Shown: positions 10,704 to 20,093 of the stretch, piece by piece | Position numbering within the stretch: position 1 is the first letter of the stretch | Layout: each line of letters opens with the position of its first letter | IMG/VR virus record: IMGVR_UViG_2574180309_000001 | Coordinates: 8,867-72,866 of that record | Source: a virus | Lineage: Duplodnaviria > Caudoviricetes | DNA length: 64,000 nt | Reading direction: 5' to 3' (one strand) | The notes under the pieces: model-generated | The model's input: only the letters and a program-made list of their open reading frames with translations | Database searches by the model: none | Told to the model about the DNA's origin: nothing | Translations under genes and position numbers: made by a program

Positions 10704-11876
10704 ATGAAATATTGGTTATTTAAAGTTGTTGATCAAATTGATTTTCAAAAAAAGAGCCAAGAGAGTATTTCAAAAGAACTTGGAATAAGTGGCCCTGCGT
10801 TTTCAAAGAATTTATCAGGGAAAAGTGAATTGAATTTTTTAAATGTAGTAAAGTTAGTTGAATTATTATATGAAGATCCGCTTGAAAAGAATTATATGAT
10901 CCATGAATTTTGTAAAAAAACTAAAAGTAAAAAGAATTTAAGAATAGCTATGGAGTATGGAAATGCTTTAGGGGATTTGGAACTCCTTAGAATCGCGATT
11001 CAAAGAGGCTTTGAATCTAATAACTCTAAAACTTACGAATGGGCATATATATATGAACTCGTTTGGTTAAGAGCTAAGAAATTTTTTACAGCTGAAAAAC
11101 TTTTAACGGAGACTGAGAATAGGAAAAAGAGTAAAGTTCTTAAAAATGAAGAAACTAAAATAATGTTTGATATTTTAACATTATATTCTATGTATGATTG
11201 TAGGGATTTTAAACTTTTAGATGGGTATATACAAACATTACAGGAAAAAATATCTGAACTTCCTAGCCAATTTATAAAAGATATATACAGTAGCCGTGTA
11301 AAGGAATGGTATGCGTATGCATTGCTAATGGACGAGCAAATAGAAAAATCAAGAGAACTATGCCATAGTATATTGAATGTTAATGATGAATTAGGTTATT
11401 TAAGGTTATTAAAGATTTCTGCATTAGGATATTTAGGTGAATCATACGTTGAAAATTATGAACAATCTTTATGGTATTTAAATAAAGGGATTGAGATGCT
11501 AGACCAACTATCTTATGAGAAAGCAGAAAACCGAAAAAAAGAGTTTTTAAATATGAGGTCTTACATTAGAATAATCCATCAAAAGGATATGTATGATTTA
11601 CAAATTTTTGATGTGGGCGAGAAAGCGCTTCTATATATAGTAACAGGAGAAAAAGAAAAAGCTGCCACTATATTAAGAAAGTACGAAAAAGAGAATGGTA
11701 GTCTGTCTCCAATGAAATTATGTTATTTAGGAATGGCATTGGAAGATAGAAAATTACTAGAAAAATCAATTGAGTTATTCTACTCGCAAGGGTGTAAATT
11801 TTATAGTTATTTACCTCGAAAAATATTGGTAGATATTAATAAAAATAGTATAATATACAAGGGTGATGCTAAATGA
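10704..11876 (+). CDS. aimR: Arbitrium receptor AimR (RRNPP family, HTH + TPR)
   Basis: N-terminal XRE HTH, helical TPR-like remainder, ~390 aa; RBS AGGAGGAG; stop overlaps a signal-peptide ORF; adjacent to cI/cro. Confidence 0.88.
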   Translation: MKYWLFKVVDQIDFQKKSQESISKELGISGPAFSKNLSGKSELNFLNVVKLVELLYEDPLEKNYMIHEFCKKTKSKKNLRIAMEYGNALGDLELLRIAIQRGFESNNSKTYEWAYIYELVWLRAKKFFTAEKLLTETENRKKSKVLKNEETKIMFDILTLYSMYDCRDFKLLDGYIQTLQEKISELPSQFIKDIYSSRVKEWYAYALLMDEQIEKSRELCHSILNVNDELGYLRLLKISALGYLGESYVENYEQSLWYLNKGIEMLDQLSYEKAENRKKEFLNMRSYIRIIHQKDMYDLQIFDVGEKALLYIVTGEKEKAATILRKYEKENGSLSPMKLCYLGMALEDRKLLEKSIELFYSQGCKFYSYLPRKILVDINKNSIIYKGDAK

Positions 11877-12028
11877 AAAAAGTACTAGCTTTAGTAACAA
11901 CTTTGGCTTTAGTCGGAGTATTATATGTATCTCCTGTTAAAGGTCAAAAGGAGCAGCCTAAACAAGTAGCAAAGGATGCTCAAACTCAAATTATGCTTAG
12001 AATGGATCCAGGGACAGGAATGGGATAA
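11873..12028 (+). CDS. aimP: Arbitrium pre-pro-peptide AimP (51 aa, not in ORF track)
   Basis: MKKVLALVTTLALVGVLYVSPVKGQKEQPKQVAKDAQTQIMLRMDPGTGMG: Sec signal peptide plus C-terminal DPG peptide; ATGA overlap with aimR. Confidence 0.88.
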   Translation: MKKVLALVTTLALVGVLYVSPVKGQKEQPKQVAKDAQTQIMLRMDPGTGMG

Positions 12029-12060
12029 TTTTCTGGTTAAGGGTCCGATATAAATAGATT

Positions 12061-12095
12061 GAATGCGATTGTCTCTTAATGGGGCAATCGCATTC
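12061..12095 (+). terminator. Stem-loop after aimP
   Basis: GAATGCGATTGTCTC-TTAAT-GGGGCAATCGCATTC inverted repeat. Confidence 0.7.
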
Positions 12096-12194
12096 GCTGT
12101 TTATAGGGGGATTAACTAAATTTCAAAATTAAATATTGGTTATACATTGTGATAAATTCACAAACTACTATGAAAATATCGGAGGATGTTGGTG

Positions 12195-12332
12195 ATGGAA
12201 CAAAATACAATCGAAAAAGAGTTAATTGAAGTTGAAAGTAATCTACAAGGAATCTTTAATGCGGCTCATAATGGGGATGCTGAGTCTTATGAAATTCTTT
12301 TGAAAATAAAAGAGGCGATCGGTAGCATTTAA
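12195..12332 (+). CDS. AimX-like small ORF (45 aa), convergent on repressor
   Basis: RBS GGAGG; MEQNTIEKELIEVESNLQGIFNAAHNGDAESYEILLKIKEAIGSI; canonical aimX position. Confidence 0.6.
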   Translation: MEQNTIEKELIEVESNLQGIFNAAHNGDAESYEILLKIKEAIGSI

Positions 12333-12337
12333 CGCTA

Positions 12338-12688
12338 TCAATCGCCTGATATTTTAACTAGTTGTTTTATCATTTCAATAAGTTCTTTTTGTTTATCAGG
12401 ATTCTTAGATCGGATATCTATCATTACTTGTTCTAAGTCATCCTTAGCTGTTAATTCAGGATTCTTCTCATCGGATTCACCTAATACATAAGAAACGGAT
12501 ACATTTGCGAGTTTAGCTATATCTAAAGAAGTTTTTCTCGATGGACATTTATCTATTTCTTCGTTCTCCCACATAGATACAGCAGATTTACTTTTTAGTC
12601 CTAGTGCGTTAATGAATTCAGATTGGCTCATTTTGAGTATTTCCGTTCTGATTTCTTTAACCCTTTTACTAATCAATTGATGATTCAT
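12338..12688 (-). CDS. CI-like XRE HTH repressor
   Basis: HTH MSQSEFINALGLKSKSAVSMWEN; divergent from cro; no S24 autoprotease domain. Confidence 0.85.
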   Translation of the reverse strand: MNHQLISKRVKEIRTEILKMSQSEFINALGLKSKSAVSMWENEEIDKCPSRKTSLDIAKLANVSVSYVLGESDEKNPELTAKDDLEQVMIDIRSKNPDKQKELIEMIKQLVKISGD

Positions 12689-12780
12689 TAGTTTTCTCTC
12701 CTTTATAGAAGTCCCGTCTACTATTATCTTTTACTTTTTTTCATTAACTATAGTCAATATATATAAAATTTAACAGGAAA

Positions 12781-13140
12781 GTTCACTCAAAGACAACCTT
12801 TTTAAGTTTATAGAAAAAAATAAATTTTACTGTTCACAAAACGTGAACGTTGTGTTATTATCAAATTAACGAAAAGAACAAAGGTGATAAACATGAAACT
12901 AAATATCGAAAAGGCCAAATCGTTACGCAAGAAACGTGGTTATAGTCAGGCTTATGTAGGTGATTATCTTGGTTACTCAACAAAATCCGCTTATTCACAA
13001 CTTGAATCTGGCAAGAGACAACCAAGTATATACAGATTGGGTTTGTTGTCTAAATTGTATGATGTTACAGTTGATGAATTAGTAGAAAGTTAACGAAAAG
13101 TTAACTATTATTTTTAACTAAATGTTCACTTTTTGTGAAC
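12781..13140. promoter_or_regulatory. Repressor operators GTTCAC-N5-GTGAAC
   Basis: Perfect palindromes at 12832-12848 and 13124-13140; degenerate copy at 12781-12797. Confidence 0.7.
12884..13093 (+). CDS. Cro-like XRE HTH regulator
   Basis: YSQAYVGDYLGYSTKSAYSQLESGKRQP HTH. Confidence 0.85.
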   Translation: MINMKLNIEKAKSLRKKRGYSQAYVGDYLGYSTKSAYSQLESGKRQPSIYRLGLLSKLYDVTVDELVES

Positions 13141-13157
13141 TTAGAGGAGGAAAGAAA

Positions 13158-13961
13158 ATGAAGCAGTTACAGGTTTTCAATCATCAAGAATTTGGAGCGT
13201 TAGAGGTTATACACCTTAACGGTAAGGAAATGTTCAATCTTGAAAATGTAGCGTGGTCACTTGGATATACGAAAGTGGCAAAAGGGAAAACTTATCTTCG
13301 AAAAGATCGTATCGAGAAAGTCATCCAAAAAGCTGATATATCAGTAATTGTCCACGATGGACAACCATACATTACCGAAGATGGATTGTATGAGCTGATT
13401 TTCGAATCAGAAACTCAGAAAGCAAAAGAATTTCGAAAATGGGTAACAAGTGAAGTGCTTCCTTCTATTAGAAAACATGGAGCATACATGACACCAAACA
13501 CAATTAATGCTCTACTTCAAGATCCAGACTTAATTATTGGTCTCGCATCACAACTCAAGCAGGAACAACAAGCGAGACAGGTTGCTGAACAAAAAAATCT
13601 CATGTTAACACAACAGATCGCAGAAAACGCATCAAAGATTACATACCTAGACCAAATTCTTCAATCCCAAGATACAGTAACAGTCTCACAAGTTGCAGCG
13701 GATTACGGATTATCAGCGATGAAGCTTAATAAAATCCTGAAAGAAGAAAAAGTGCAGTACAAAGTGAATAATCAATGGTTACTGTACTCCAAATACCAAA
13801 ACAAAGGTTATACAAAATCGAAAACAGTTGATGTAGTGCATACAGATGGTAGCAGATCAGTGAAAATGAATACGCGTTGGACACAAAAGGGGAGGCTCTT
13901 CATCCACGAACTTCTAACGAAACGCGGAATTATTCCAGAAATGGATAGGGAGGCGATGTAA
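13158..13961 (+). CDS. Phage antirepressor (BRO-N + KilA-C)
   Basis: FRKWVTSEVLPSIRKHGAY, TVSQVAADYG, WTQKGRLF; RBS GAGGAGG favours ATG 13158. Confidence 0.88.
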   Translation: MKQLQVFNHQEFGALEVIHLNGKEMFNLENVAWSLGYTKVAKGKTYLRKDRIEKVIQKADISVIVHDGQPYITEDGLYELIFESETQKAKEFRKWVTSEVLPSIRKHGAYMTPNTINALLQDPDLIIGLASQLKQEQQARQVAEQKNLMLTQQIAENASKITYLDQILQSQDTVTVSQVAADYGLSAMKLNKILKEEKVQYKVNNQWLLYSKYQNKGYTKSKTVDVVHTDGSRSVKMNTRWTQKGRLFIHELLTKRGIIPEMDREAM

Positions 13962-14084
13962 ATGATGGAGGAAAGTATATTATCACTGGCGATTGTATCA
14001 GCAGCTATATGTCTATCATCATACCTAGTATATAGAATTGATGTCTGGGATAAAAAGACAGGATGGTCACAAGATGATAAATAA
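13962..14084 (+). CDS. Small membrane protein (40 aa)
   Basis: MMEESILSLAIVSAAICLSSYLVYRIDVWDKKTGWSQDDK; RBS GGAGG. Confidence 0.55.
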   Translation: MMEESILSLAIVSAAICLSSYLVYRIDVWDKKTGWSQDDK

Positions 14085-14214
14085 ACAGCAACGTGATGAA
14101 TATGAACGAAAGAAAATCTTGTGGATTATAAAGGATTTAAGAGCAAAGGGTGTACATAACAGCGCAGATAAGGTTGAGGAAACATACAAGAGGTATATCA
14201 CTCTAGCTAAATGA
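14074..14214 (+). CDS. Small phage protein (46 aa)
   Basis: MINKQQRDEYERKKILWIIKDLRAKGVHNSADKVEETYKRYITLAK; overlaps previous ORF. Confidence 0.55.
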   Translation: MINKQQRDEYERKKILWIIKDLRAKGVHNSADKVEETYKRYITLAK

Positions 14215-14738
14215 TAAAAGCCCTACAAGGGGATGTAGGGCAAGACTAAGGGTATTGAAGAATTGTCGATTCTAAAAGTAAAGGACTTCTTGGAACGTTA
14301 TAAGTTTAACACGAAATTTAATAAAACATTATATAAAGATGTTACGAAATTATGGATGTAAAAAACAAAGATAAAAATTATGAAAAAAGTTGATAATCAA
14401 TAGAACCTATAAGGGATTATGTTTGTAATAGCGTCTTTATAAAGTTAGTTGGACAGGCTTTTGCTTGTCGAAATATTCAGGAATTTAATAGAATTCCCCA
14501 CCTAATAGGCAGGTTCCTGGGTATTGCGATGCGTGAAAGCATCAAAAAAGCCCGTACAGAAGCACGGGCCGGTTGTTACACATATCGTTAACTAAATTTT
14601 AACAGCTTTTCAGAAAGTTAGCTATTGAAAAATAAAAAACGCTCGATGGCAACGAGCGCTGTAGAGAAAACATTCCCTAAAATTAGCTACCTCTATTATA
14701 CCATAAGTTTTCTCTCAGTAAATAAGGAGGAACGAGAA

Positions 14739-14939
14739 ATGATTGAAAACAGAATGTTAATCGGAAATCACCACGATTCATCAGCAAGAGATTTCATTGA
14801 AGAGTGTGCGGGTTGCAATGGAGAGATATATTTCGGTGAAAGTTGTTTAGATTTCGATGGTACTTACCTACACGCAGAAACAGAGTGCATTACTCAATAT
14901 GTGAAGTCCCATTCTACAGAGAAAGTAGCAGGTGAATAA
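14739..14939 (+). CDS. Small Cys/His phage protein
   Basis: RBS AAGGAGG before MIENRM; CAGC...H...C. Confidence 0.6.
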   Translation: MIENRMLIGNHHDSSARDFIEECAGCNGEIYFGESCLDFDGTYLHAETECITQYVKSHSTEKVAGE

Positions 14940-15117
14940 GATGGCCCTACAAAACAAAATTGAAGCTGAAATTCAAATTATGAAGAATTTAGTTGAACGA
15001 TATAAGCAAAGTAATGAACCTAACGCTGCATCAATGGTTGTAGCCTATGAATACGGATTACAGGCACTTACGGAAGTATATGAGGTTAGTAAACAAACAG
15101 AAGTATCACCATTTTAA
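14932..15117 (+). CDS. Hypothetical phage protein
   Basis: In the operon between flanking early genes. Confidence 0.6.
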   Translation: MNKMALQNKIEAEIQIMKNLVERYKQSNEPNAASMVVAYEYGLQALTEVYEVSKQTEVSPF

Positions 15118-15134
15118 AGGAGAGGGAGATTCAT

Positions 15135-15761
15135 ATGATAATTGAAAACTACTTTTCTAAATTAGCTCAAATAGATTGCACGGAACATGTTGAAAAGAAA
15201 GGGCGCTTTAACTACTTATCATGGGCATGGGCAGTTAAAAAACTTCGTGAGGTTGATCCAACAGCGACATGGGAAGTAAAACGATTTAATGGGGCACCTT
15301 ACCTTAAAACAGATTGTGGTTACTTTGTAGAGGTTGAAGTAACTGTACAAGGAATACCACTAAGTCAGATTCACCCAATACTTAACAATCAGAATAAGCC
15401 AATTGCAGAGCCTAACAGCTTTGATATTAACACAAGTATCCAACGGTGCTTAGTAAAAGCAATTGCACTTCACGGATTAGGATTATACATCTATGCAGGT
15501 GAAGATTTACCAGAAATCCAAGAGGAAATGATTACTGCTCAACAAGTCGGTGCAATCAAATTAAACATAAAAAAATTAGCTACTCTTCGAAAAGTGGATG
15601 AAGACTCGATTAAAGGACACTTAAGTATTAAAGAAGTTGGCGAATTGACATTAAAACAAGCTGAAGAAGTACTAAAGAAATCAACAAAGTGGGTTAAACA
15701 GGCTGAAAAAGCAACTTCTGAAATCGAAGAACAAGTAGAAAAAATAGAACAAACAAACTAA
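15135..15761 (+). CDS. Sak/Rad52-like single-strand annealing protein (DUF1071)
   Basis: YLSWAWA...FDINTSIQRCLVKAIALHGLGLYIYAGEDLP. Confidence 0.85.
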   Translation: MIIENYFSKLAQIDCTEHVEKKGRFNYLSWAWAVKKLREVDPTATWEVKRFNGAPYLKTDCGYFVEVEVTVQGIPLSQIHPILNNQNKPIAEPNSFDINTSIQRCLVKAIALHGLGLYIYAGEDLPEIQEEMITAQQVGAIKLNIKKLATLRKVDEDSIKGHLSIKEVGELTLKQAEEVLKKSTKWVKQAEKATSEIEEQVEKIEQTN

Positions 15762-15776
15762 GGAGATGTTAAGCCT

Positions 15777-15953
15777 ATGTTAGACAAAAATCAATCTAAA
15801 GTCGTCCTTCCGAAGTGGGTGTGGAAGGGCGCACGGAATGAAAAAGAAGCAAGAGTAAAGGCGATTGAGTACATCACCCCCAATCGCTACCCAGGATATA
15901 AAATAATCAAAATTCAAGGCGACATAGCGGTATGCGAAAGGGCGAATGCGTGA
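15777..15953 (+). CDS. Small phage protein (58 aa, not in ORF track)
   Basis: RBS AAGGAG; MLDKNQSKVVLPKWVW...AVCERANA; TGATG coupling to next gene. Confidence 0.6.
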   Translation: MLDKNQSKVVLPKWVWKGARNEKEARVKAIEYITPNRYPGYKIIKIQGDIAVCERANA

Positions 15954-16174
15954 TGTTTAAGATACCTGTCAGACGTGGATCAATGAAAGAAATGCTAATA
16001 GCAGTTCGTGATTTAGAAAAACGGGGTTATGACTATGTAACACCAATTAAGCGGGTATATAGAGCAGAAAGAACTTTCCATCACGAAGGTAAATTCAGGG
16101 GGAGAGACAAGGTTCGTTTTACTGGCATGGAAGACAATGTGAGTTATGAATGTTGGATGAAGAAGGTGAACTAA
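15953..16174 (+). CDS. Hypothetical phage protein
   Basis: MFKIPVRRGS...; coupled to both neighbours. Confidence 0.6.
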   Translation: MFKIPVRRGSMKEMLIAVRDLEKRGYDYVTPIKRVYRAERTFHHEGKFRGRDKVRFTGMEDNVSYECWMKKVN

Positions 16175-17059
16175 ATGGCGAAATACAGACACGTTCAAAC
16201 TTCATTTTGGTCAGATGCAAGAGTTTCAGAAGAGATGACGCCAGAGGATAAATACTTTTACCTCTATCTAATGACTAATGAGCATACAAACCAAATTGGA
16301 GTTTATCAGATAACTAGAAAACAAATGGCTTTTGAATTGGGTTACTCAATTGAAAGTGCAAAAGCTTTATTGGATCGCTTTATTAATCATCATGATTTGG
16401 TAGTTTATAACGAAGAAACTAGAGAACTTTGCATACTTAACTGGGGGAAATACAACCTTAACAAAGGTGGCAAGCCGATTGAGGATTGCATAAAGAAAGA
16501 GCTTAAAAGTATTAAAGATTTGTCGTTGGTACGACTGGTGCTAGAACGAACAGAAAACACCTCGTTAGTACAAAAAGTCAGTGTTTATGCGGGTCTTGAC
16601 GATACGTCACACGATACGTCCACGATACGGGGACAAAAAGAAAAAGAAAAAGAAAAAGAAAAAGAAAAAGAAAAAGAAAAAGAAAAAGAAAAAGAAAACA
16701 AGCCTCCTCGTCACAAGTTTGAAACTTGCGACACCAACGGGGCTAAGTATCTATTTGAAAAAATTAAGGGGAACAATCCTAAACAAAAAGAACCTAATTT
16801 CGATAATTGGGCAAATGAATTTAGATTAATGCGAGAACGCGATAACAGAGAACCGCAAGAGATTAAAGATGTTATTGATTGGTGCCAAGCTGATCTATTC
16901 TGGCAGGGGAACATTTTATCTCCTAAAAAGCTAAGGGAGAAGTTCGACCAACTAGCTATCCAAATGAATTCTAAAAAAGGAGCAAAAAACAATGCGGAGA
17001 GCGGTGGCAGCAATACCAACCGATATAGCCAAAAAGGTGAATATGACTATGGATTCTGA
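16175..17059 (+). CDS. Phage replication initiator / replisome organiser
   Basis: YRHVQTSFWSD...DKYFYLYLMTN N-terminus; lambda-O-like C-terminus FWQGNILSPKKLREKFDQL; precedes the helicase loader. Confidence 0.85.
   Translation: MAKYRHVQTSFWSDARVSEEMTPEDKYFYLYLMTNEHTNQIGVYQITRKQMAFELGYSIESAKALLDRFINHHDLVVYNEETRELCILNWGKYNLNKGGKPIEDCIKKELKSIKDLSLVRLVLERTENTSLVQKVSVYAGLDDTSHDTSTIRGQKEKEKEKEKEKEKEKEKEKENKPPRHKFETCDTNGAKYLFEKIKGNNPKQKEPNFDNWANEFRLMRERDNREPQEIKDVIDWCQADLFWQGNILSPKKLREKFDQLAIQMNSKKGAKNNAESGGSNTNRYSQKGEYDYGF
16598..16698. repeat. Intragenic lytic origin: three ACGATACG iterons + (GAAAAA)n tract
   Basis: ACGATACG x3 at 16598-16630, then ~10 perfect GAAAAA units. Confidence 0.6.
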
Positions 17060-17801
17060 TGTGTGTGATACGCACGGTATGAATAAGATGAAGTTCGTTG
17101 GACAAGTTGTTTGTCCGCGTTGCTTCCTTGAAAACGAGAGTAAGAAGCTTCAGCAACATGAGCAAGCGAAATACGATGCGGATAAAGCGAATGAGAAGAA
17201 GTTTATGTTCCATCAACAAAGTATGATTGCCGATAGCAACATTAAGAAAGCTAGTTTCGATAACTATCAACCTACTAGCGAGGAAGGAGCAAAGAACCTT
17301 GAACTTGTAAAGGTCATCGCTACTTATTATCTCAATGGAAAAGTGTTTAACACGATTATGGCAGGAAATTGCGGGGCAGGGAAAACGCATCTTGCTTATG
17401 CTATCGCGGATCAACTTGCTGGAGCAGGGAAGTCAGTTGTCTTCGTCACAGTTGGGGAATTATTACGAAAGATTAAAAGTACGTTCAGTAAAGATTCAAC
17501 ACTAACTGAGGATTCAATCATTCGAGGCTTAGTAAGAGCAGAAGTGTTAATAGTCGATGATTTAGGAGCGGAGTTAGGCGCATTAGATGCCAATACAAAA
17601 GCAACAAACTTCATTAATAGGGTGTTATTCGATGTTTTTGATGGAAGGCAAGGTAAATCTACTATTTTTACGACAAACCTTACAGGAGAGCGTTTAGAGG
17701 GTGCATATGATGAAAGAATTGTATCGCGTATCTTTAATAACTTTAGAACGATTGTTTTCAAAGATACAAAGGATTACAGGAGAAAAGCATTGCCATTCTA
17801 A
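16992..17801 (+). CDS. DnaC/IstB-like helicase loader ATPase
   Basis: GNCGAGKT, LIVDDLGAE, TTNL, RIVSRI. Confidence 0.9.
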   Translation: MRRAVAAIPTDIAKKVNMTMDSDVCDTHGMNKMKFVGQVVCPRCFLENESKKLQQHEQAKYDADKANEKKFMFHQQSMIADSNIKKASFDNYQPTSEEGAKNLELVKVIATYYLNGKVFNTIMAGNCGAGKTHLAYAIADQLAGAGKSVVFVTVGELLRKIKSTFSKDSTLTEDSIIRGLVRAEVLIVDDLGAELGALDANTKATNFINRVLFDVFDGRQGKSTIFTTNLTGERLEGAYDERIVSRIFNNFRTIVFKDTKDYRRKALPF

Positions 17802-17808
17802 GGGGGAA

Positions 17809-18444
17809 ATGAAAATGACAAAGGTAACAGTTGAATTAACAGAAAAGCAGGTTGAGTTCTTAAAATTATTTAGCGAAAAACAATACGAAGATACAGAAGA
17901 CAATCAATACACATGTGATGCTTTGCATGTTGTTCAGAAAAAAAGATACCGTTTCATCCCATATAGCGAAGAAATTTCAGGTTACTTTGATCCAGATATC
18001 TTAAAGTTTTGTGTTGATGCAGAATATGAAGATTGGCATGAGAATGAAACGGCAGCAGTTAAACAACGGTATGAATTGATAGAGGAAGAATGTCCGATTG
18101 AAATAAAAACGTTCGATGATTTGCAATACGAACGAGTTATTGGAACAGATGGAGAAGAAAGATTCATTATGAATTTCGATGATTACTTTAAACATTATGG
18201 AATAGAAAATTACGACATAGCTTGGGTAGAAAAAGAATGGGAAAATGTAGCGTTCTTCTTCATTTTGGAAGAAGCTAAGCACTATCTAAAATATCAAGCT
18301 CATAATCTAGGGAAATCAAGAATCTACACTTATTCTGCTGGCTATGACAATAGAGGAGATTTTACGCACTTCCGTAATTTGTTATTGAAAATGGGGCAAG
18401 GGCTAAATAAGGAATCTAATCAAAAAGAAGCAGCGGCTGTTTAA
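17809..18444 (+). CDS. Hypothetical phage protein
   Basis: RBS AAGGGGG suggests start at 17809/17815 within the ORF-track frame. Confidence 0.65.
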   Translation: MKMTKVTVELTEKQVEFLKLFSEKQYEDTEDNQYTCDALHVVQKKRYRFIPYSEEISGYFDPDILKFCVDAEYEDWHENETAAVKQRYELIEEECPIEIKTFDDLQYERVIGTDGEERFIMNFDDYFKHYGIENYDIAWVEKEWENVAFFFILEEAKHYLKYQAHNLGKSRIYTYSAGYDNRGDFTHFRNLLLKMGQGLNKESNQKEAAAV

Positions 18445-18466
18445 AAATATAAAGGGGGAATAAACG

Positions 18467-18730
18467 ATGTGTGTATGTGCAGGAACGGGAGTAATTAGCA
18501 AAGATATGGGGAATGGCTGTTATCAATTTGCACTGTGTATTTGCGAAGCAGGGAATCGCAGTCCTGAAGAAGTGGATAGAAGACGTCATGCCGTTATGGC
18601 GGAGTTACGAGAAATTCATCAATTACAACTGGAGGGGAAATGGGATGCCACGACTTGGAACGGATTTGGAAAAGGAGAATTACACAATGGCGTTGCAGCA
18701 GGGGAAGTACATGAAGAAGTCGCGTCGTAA
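18467..18730 (+). CDS. Small Cys-rich phage protein
   Basis: CVC...CIC; RBS GGGGG. Confidence 0.55.
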   Translation: MCVCAGTGVISKDMGNGCYQFALCICEAGNRSPEEVDRRRHAVMAELREIHQLQLEGKWDATTWNGFGKGELHNGVAAGEVHEEVAS

Positions 18731-18932
18731 CTTATATATTGCTTTAGAGGAGTTGGACTTAGTGTTTGATGAAAGCGAAGTGATTCAATTAAGAGAAATG
18801 TGGGATGAGGATAAAGATATTCTTGAAATAGCAAAAGAGTTAGGAAGGCATCAACTAGAAATCGCCGCATTAATTATGGATCAGGCAGATAAGAACAAAA
18901 TCAAATCTCGTCCAATGGGGTTAGGGGCATGA
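18645..18932 (+). CDS. HTH-like phage protein
   Basis: RBS GGAGG before MPRLG; ILEIAKELGRH HTH-like segment. Confidence 0.6.
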   Translation: MPRLGTDLEKENYTMALQQGKYMKKSRRNLYIALEELDLVFDESEVIQLREMWDEDKDILEIAKELGRHQLEIAALIMDQADKNKIKSRPMGLGA

Positions 18933-19192
18933 AACAACTAACACTGGAGGATGTAGTCGGAAGTTTTGATTATACCGCAACAAGTACCGTGGACAAATTC
19001 TTGAAGCGTAATAGCGTTATGACGTACTCAGTAGAGTTTTACGATAAAGATGAGAAGTGGAAGCTTCGTTGGTTTGAGGCGGAGTCCGAGAGCGAAGCTA
19101 TAGAAATGGCTAAAAAGAAATACGGAAAGATACAGATTATTACTACGTATATTTCCGATAGAACCTTAGAAGAGATAATGAATTTAGATTAG
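18929..19192 (+). CDS. Hypothetical phage protein
   Basis: ATGA overlap with upstream gene. Confidence 0.6.
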   Translation: MKQLTLEDVVGSFDYTATSTVDKFLKRNSVMTYSVEFYDKDEKWKLRWFEAESESEAIEMAKKKYGKIQIITTYISDRTLEEIMNLD

Positions 19193-19299
19193 GAGACATA
19201 GCGTTATGACGTATGATCAAATCAGATAGATTCAGGTAATTAGATTATGACTCTAATAGTCTCATAAAAGTGTTATTTGAATAGAAAAAGAGATAGGGT

Positions 19300-19440
19300 T
19301 CACAACCCCATCTCTTCCAACAAAGATAAGTGCAGTTTTGCTTCTTCGCAATTTGGATTAATGCAGTAATAAATAAACGAATGTTCATCGTGTTGTATGA
19401 GAGGTTGATCACAAGATACACATGTATATAGTGAGAGCAT
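19300..19440 (-). CDS. Small Zn-ribbon moron protein (46 aa, not in ORF track)
   Basis: RBS AAGGAGG; MLSLYTCVSCDQPLIQHDEHSFIYYCINPNCEEAKLHLSLLEEMGL. Confidence 0.65.
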   Translation of the reverse strand: MLSLYTCVSCDQPLIQHDEHSFIYYCINPNCEEAKLHLSLLEEMGL

Positions 19441-19802
19441 TTTATATACCTCCTTACATAATATGGATTAATTGTAGCATAGTTTTAGTTGGGGAAGGAG
19501 TAAAATAAAATCGTTATTTAAATAAAAGAAACCCCGATTGTCTGCGGGGTTTCTAAGGGTAATCGTCAAGTAATGACGTACTCGACTAAACAACCATATC
19601 ATGAATTTTTTGGTAAAAGTACTGGTAAATGCGTCCAAATGGGGAAGGGCATCGTTTTGAACAAAAACGCTATTTTAAATAAAAGAACAGTTAGCAAAAG
19701 CTAACTGCTCGGTTCTCCAAGGGGGAACAAGGAGAAAGTAACTTAATGGGTTGTCTATAGTATTGACGGAATATTGAGTTTTATTCACTGTGAGATTCAT
19801 AT

Positions 19803-19967
19803 TTAAATTAAAATCTCTGTTATTAATATTATCATTCCTACAAGAAGCAAGAATTCAAGCGAAATCCAAAATACACTTTTCTGTGGTTTTTTAAATTCTT
19901 GTATTAAAGAGAAGATGGAACTAATTGCTACAAAGATGAAAAGAATGAGTCGTATCATATCTGGCAT
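19803..19967 (-). CDS. Small two-TM membrane moron
   Basis: RBS AGGAGTG before MPDMIRL; two hydrophobic helices. Confidence 0.6.
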   Translation of the reverse strand: MPDMIRLILFIFVAISSIFSLIQEFKKPQKSVFWISLEFLLLVGMIILITEILI

Positions 19968-20093
19968 TTTAACCACTCCTAAGGTTTGAATGGATTCATT
20001 ATATAACGATTTTTGAATTTTTGGATAATCAAGGATGAGAATTAAGCAAAATTTAAACAAAATAATCCTTTTAATAGAAAGTGAGGAATAACA

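Noticed and set aside
16581-16829. Poly-Lys ORF
   Set aside because: Alternate-frame reading of the GAAAAA repeat within the initiator gene.
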